A stretch of DNA of 28,837 nucleotides from an uncultured Bacilli bacterium (lineage in GTDB: Bacteria > Bacillota_I > Bacilli_A > ML615J-28 > CAG-698): NCBI GenBank assembly GCA_947627195.1, contig CANQVC010000022.1:1-28837 (forward strand), in the 5' to 3' direction. The notes beneath the pieces were generated by a model, which had not been told where the DNA came from, ran no database searches, and saw only the letters and a program-made list of their open reading frames with translations. The translations under genes and the position numbers were made by a program. Positions 26,546 to 28,837 of the stretch are shown piece after piece (the first letter of the stretch is position 1; each line of letters opens with the position of its first letter).

Positions 26546-26583
26546 CATTAAAAAAAGACCCTTTTTTATAAGGATCTTTCATA
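26546..26583 (-). terminator. Rho-independent terminator of the flotillin operon
   Basis: Minus strand: AAAGAUCCUU / AAGGGUCUUU 10-bp stem (one G·U), loop AUAAAA, then U7. It starts 4 nt after the stop of 26587..26898. Confidence 0.6.
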
Positions 26584-26586
26584 ATT

Positions 26587-26898
26587 TTATGATTCATCAA
26601 TTATCATCAATATACCAGGTATTACATTTACAAATATGAGTGTTAATATTTTAAAGGTCATTGAAACATTTTTACCTTCATTTTTGGTTTTAATATAATA
26701 TTGAGTCATTGGTACCATCCATAATAATGGAAACAATGCAAAACCATATACAACACATGAAATAATCATGAAAACTTTTATAACAGTGAACATTGTGGAA
26801 TCCTTTTTAGGGGTATTATATCCATGTACACTAGATCCACAATTTGGGCAATAAACAGCGTCATCACTCATTTCTCTTCCACATTTAGTACAATACAT
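26587..26898 (-). CDS. Zinc-ribbon (CxxC...CxxC) membrane protein, flotillin operon partner
   Basis: 'MYCTKCG...YCPNCG' zinc ribbon followed by two TM helices. It starts 2 nt after the flotillin stop. Confidence 0.5.
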   Translation of the reverse strand: MYCTKCGREMSDDAVYCPNCGSSVHGYNTPKKDSTMFTVIKVFMIISCVVYGFALFPLLWMVPMTQYYIKTKNEGKNVSMTFKILTLIFVNVIPGILMIIDES

Positions 26899-26900
26899 AA

Positions 26901-28457
26901 TTATTCTTTCTTATCTTCCTTTGTTTCTTTATTTATTTCTTTTTCATCTTTTTTTGTTTCTTCTTTTAATTCATTATTAGATAAAGATTTAGGCTGTTCT
27001 TTTTCTTTAGAAAGAATTTTACCACCTAAATAACCTGCTAATAATGATTTAATATCTAATCCTGTTGCTTTTTGTAATCCATCAAAAATTTGAACACCAT
27101 TCTTAGATATTTCTTCAGTCAATTTAGCTGTATTACCTTCACCATACATTGTGATTGACTCAATTTTACCCATTGCTTCAGCAACTGGTTTACTGTATGC
27201 ATTAATCATATCAGGTAAAACTCCCGAATCTAAAATCAATTGTAATGTTGCGGCTTCACCATATTGTTTCATGGCATCTGCTTTGGCTTTAATAGCATCA
27301 GCTTCAGCACGACCTTTAGCTTCAATTCCTGCAGCTTCAGCAAGTGCAGCTTCTTTTAAAGCATTTGCTTTAGTGATTTGGGCTTGAGCTTCAGCATCTG
27401 CTTGAATTTTTAAGGCTTGAGATGCTTGTTCTTGTTCATATTTACGAGCTTCAGCAGCTTTTTGACGAGTAAATAAATCAGCAATGGCAGCTTGTTCAGC
27501 AGCATATTTCTTTGAATCAGCTACTTTATTAACTTCAGCAGCTAACTTCTTTTCCTGAATTTCTACTTCACGATTTTCTAATTCAACCATTCTTTCACGT
27601 TTAGCAATATCAGCATTAATTTGGGCAATATTAATTTCTTGTTGTCTTTTTTGTTCCTCAATTTTATATGCAGCATCAGCTTGAGCTTTAGCTGTATCTG
27701 TTTGTTGTTTTAGTTCAGATTCTTTTAAAGACAACATAGTATTTTGTTCAATAATTTTTTGATTAGCATCCACTCTGCTCCTATTAGCTGCTTCTTCAGC
27801 TGCAGATTTAGCAATTGTAACATCACGGTCAGCATTAGCTTTAGCAATAGCAGCATCTTTAGAAATTTGGGCTATATTATCAATACCTAAATTTTCAATG
27901 ACATGATTATCATCAGAAAATGATTGAATATTAAAGTTAACTACTTCAATACCCATTTTAGCCATATCAGGAACAACATTTTCTTTAACTGAATTGGCAA
28001 CTCCTTGACGATCTTGTACTAATTTTTTAATATCAACAGTACCAACAATTTCACGCATATTACCTTGTAAAACTTGTTGAACCTGACGAATTAATTCATC
28101 TTCTGTCATATTTAAAATAGCTTCTGCTGCACGATCTAATAATGATGGATCAGAAGAAATTTTAAGGTTTGCTACACCATCAACACGAATATTAATAAAG
28201 TTTGAAGTTGGAATAGCTTCATCTGTTTTAATATCGACTTGGAAAACACGTAAAGATAGTTTATCTAATCTTTGTAAGAAAGGTATTCTAAAACCAGCTT
28301 TACCAATTAATATTTTTCTTTTCCCTAAACCTGTGATAATAATTGCAGTATCAGGTGCAGCTTTCACAAATCCTGAAAAGAAAAAAACTAGTAAAAGTAT
28401 TACAATAACTGCAACAATAATTGCAATAATGATAGGTGTTTCTAATGCTAAAATCAT
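26901..28457 (-). CDS. floT: Flotillin-like SPFH/Band-7 protein (FloT/YuaG-like)
   Basis: N-terminal TM anchor, then an SPFH domain, then a long Ala/Glu/Gln/Lys coiled-coil with EA repeats, then a C-terminal region. 518 aa, close to FloT length. RBS AAGGAG. Confidence 0.8.
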   Translation of the reverse strand: MILALETPIIIAIIVAVIVILLLVFFFSGFVKAAPDTAIIITGLGKRKILIGKAGFRIPFLQRLDKLSLRVFQVDIKTDEAIPTSNFINIRVDGVANLKISSDPSLLDRAAEAILNMTEDELIRQVQQVLQGNMREIVGTVDIKKLVQDRQGVANSVKENVVPDMAKMGIEVVNFNIQSFSDDNHVIENLGIDNIAQISKDAAIAKANADRDVTIAKSAAEEAANRSRVDANQKIIEQNTMLSLKESELKQQTDTAKAQADAAYKIEEQKRQQEINIAQINADIAKRERMVELENREVEIQEKKLAAEVNKVADSKKYAAEQAAIADLFTRQKAAEARKYEQEQASQALKIQADAEAQAQITKANALKEAALAEAAGIEAKGRAEADAIKAKADAMKQYGEAATLQLILDSGVLPDMINAYSKPVAEAMGKIESITMYGEGNTAKLTEEISKNGVQIFDGLQKATGLDIKSLLAGYLGGKILSKEKEQPKSLSNNELKEETKKDEKEINKETKEDKKE

Positions 28458-28516
28458 AATTCATCTACTCCTTTTTTGATTTTATTATCATAACATCATA
28501 TGACTATCACAATATT

Positions 28517-28546
28517 ATTATATCATAATTTTTAAAAAATTGTCAA
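28517..28546 (-). promoter_or_regulatory. Near-consensus sigma-70 promoter (TTGACA, 18-nt spacer, TATAAT) for the flotillin operon
   Basis: Minus strand: TTGACA(28546..28541), an 18-nt A/T spacer, then TATAAT(28522..28517). It sits ~60 nt upstream of the ATG at 28457. Confidence 0.5.
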
Positions 28547-28582
28547 AAAAAATACAATATATTATAAAAATTTAAAGTTAAA

Positions 28583-28612
28583 AGGTAGGATTATCTCCTA
28601 CCTAATTAGATC
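28583..28612 (-). terminator. Weak hairpin terminator downstream of the DUF2188-like fragment
   Basis: 8-bp stem AGGUAGGA/UCCUACCU with a 5-nt loop. The 3' side has an interrupted U-run (UUUUAACUUUAAAUUUUU). Confidence 0.3.
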
Positions 28613-28615
28613 ATT

Positions 28616-28774
28616 TTAATGAACATTCTTTTTCTTTTGGAATTTTCCATCTTTCTTTTGTACAACTAGATTTAAATCTTGATTGTTACACATTGTTTTT
28701 GCAATTTCAACAGCTTCAGATTTAGTCTTTGTTTTACGTATTACTCTTTTAGCGCCATCTCCCGAGTTTGACAG
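28616..28774 (-). pseudogene. DUF2188-like C-terminal fragment (N-terminus missing, preceded by tandem TAA TAA)
   Basis: The translation '...GDGAKRVIRKTKTKSEAVEIAKTMCNNQDLNLVVQKKDGKFQKKKNVH*' resembles the C-terminal two-thirds of DUF2188 proteins. The conserved N-terminal HVVP..GGW block is absent and there is no ATG. A CTG at 28774 is the only possible start. Confidence 0.25.
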
Positions 28775-28788
28775 TTATTATGCGACAA

Positions 28789-28823
28789 ATCCCTTACTGA
28801 TCAATAAGTAAGGGATTTTTTTA
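28789..28823 (+). terminator. Plus-strand rho-independent terminator at the window edge
   Basis: Perfect 10-bp stem ATCCCTTACT/AGTAAGGGAT with an 8-nt loop, followed by T7. An A6 run upstream makes it weakly bidirectional. Confidence 0.45.
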
Positions 28824-28837
28824 ATATTTTATACTTT

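Noticed and set aside
1-28837. CRISPR arrays, rRNA/tRNA genes, transposase/IS elements, integrase
   Set aside because: No regularly spaced short repeats were seen. No cloverleaf-like GC-rich segments or rRNA-like conserved blocks were seen either. There is no DDE transposase or tyrosine-recombinase ORF. The only long repeat is the intragenic ATPase cassette.

Overview
This is a strongly AT-rich window in which almost every gene lies on the minus strand. Long ORFs are free of TGA, so I read it as the standard genetic code: a low-GC Firmicutes, Erysipelotrichia or Acholeplasma-like genome rather than a TGA=Trp Mycoplasma.

The left ~17 kb is an envelope or accessory region built around five single-polypeptide MacB-type (type VII) ABC transporters. 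Each has an N-terminal ATPase, one transmembrane helix, a very large divergent ectodomain and a C-terminal FtsX permease. This region also contains:
- a ThrE-type two-gene exporter pair;
- a PBP5-like D,D-carboxypeptidase;
- a DUF2752 membrane protein;
- a signal-peptide protein with two bacterial Ig-like (Big_2) domains.

Two of the MacB-like genes are tandem and share a ~835 bp almost nucleotide-identical ATPase module, while their ectodomains are unrelated.

The right half carries:
- a MACPF-like secreted protein gene split by a single in-frame TGA;
- glpK;
- a two-gene defence-like module (an ABC/AAA_21 ATPase plus a TOPRIM-like protein) under its own consensus promoter, with its 3' end overlapping the glpK start;
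- an SsuABC-like sulfonate or nitrate ABC importer;
- a flotillin (FloT-like) operon with a zinc-ribbon membrane partner.

Several near-consensus sigma-70 promoters and rho-independent terminators are readable directly. I found no rRNA, tRNA or CRISPR array.
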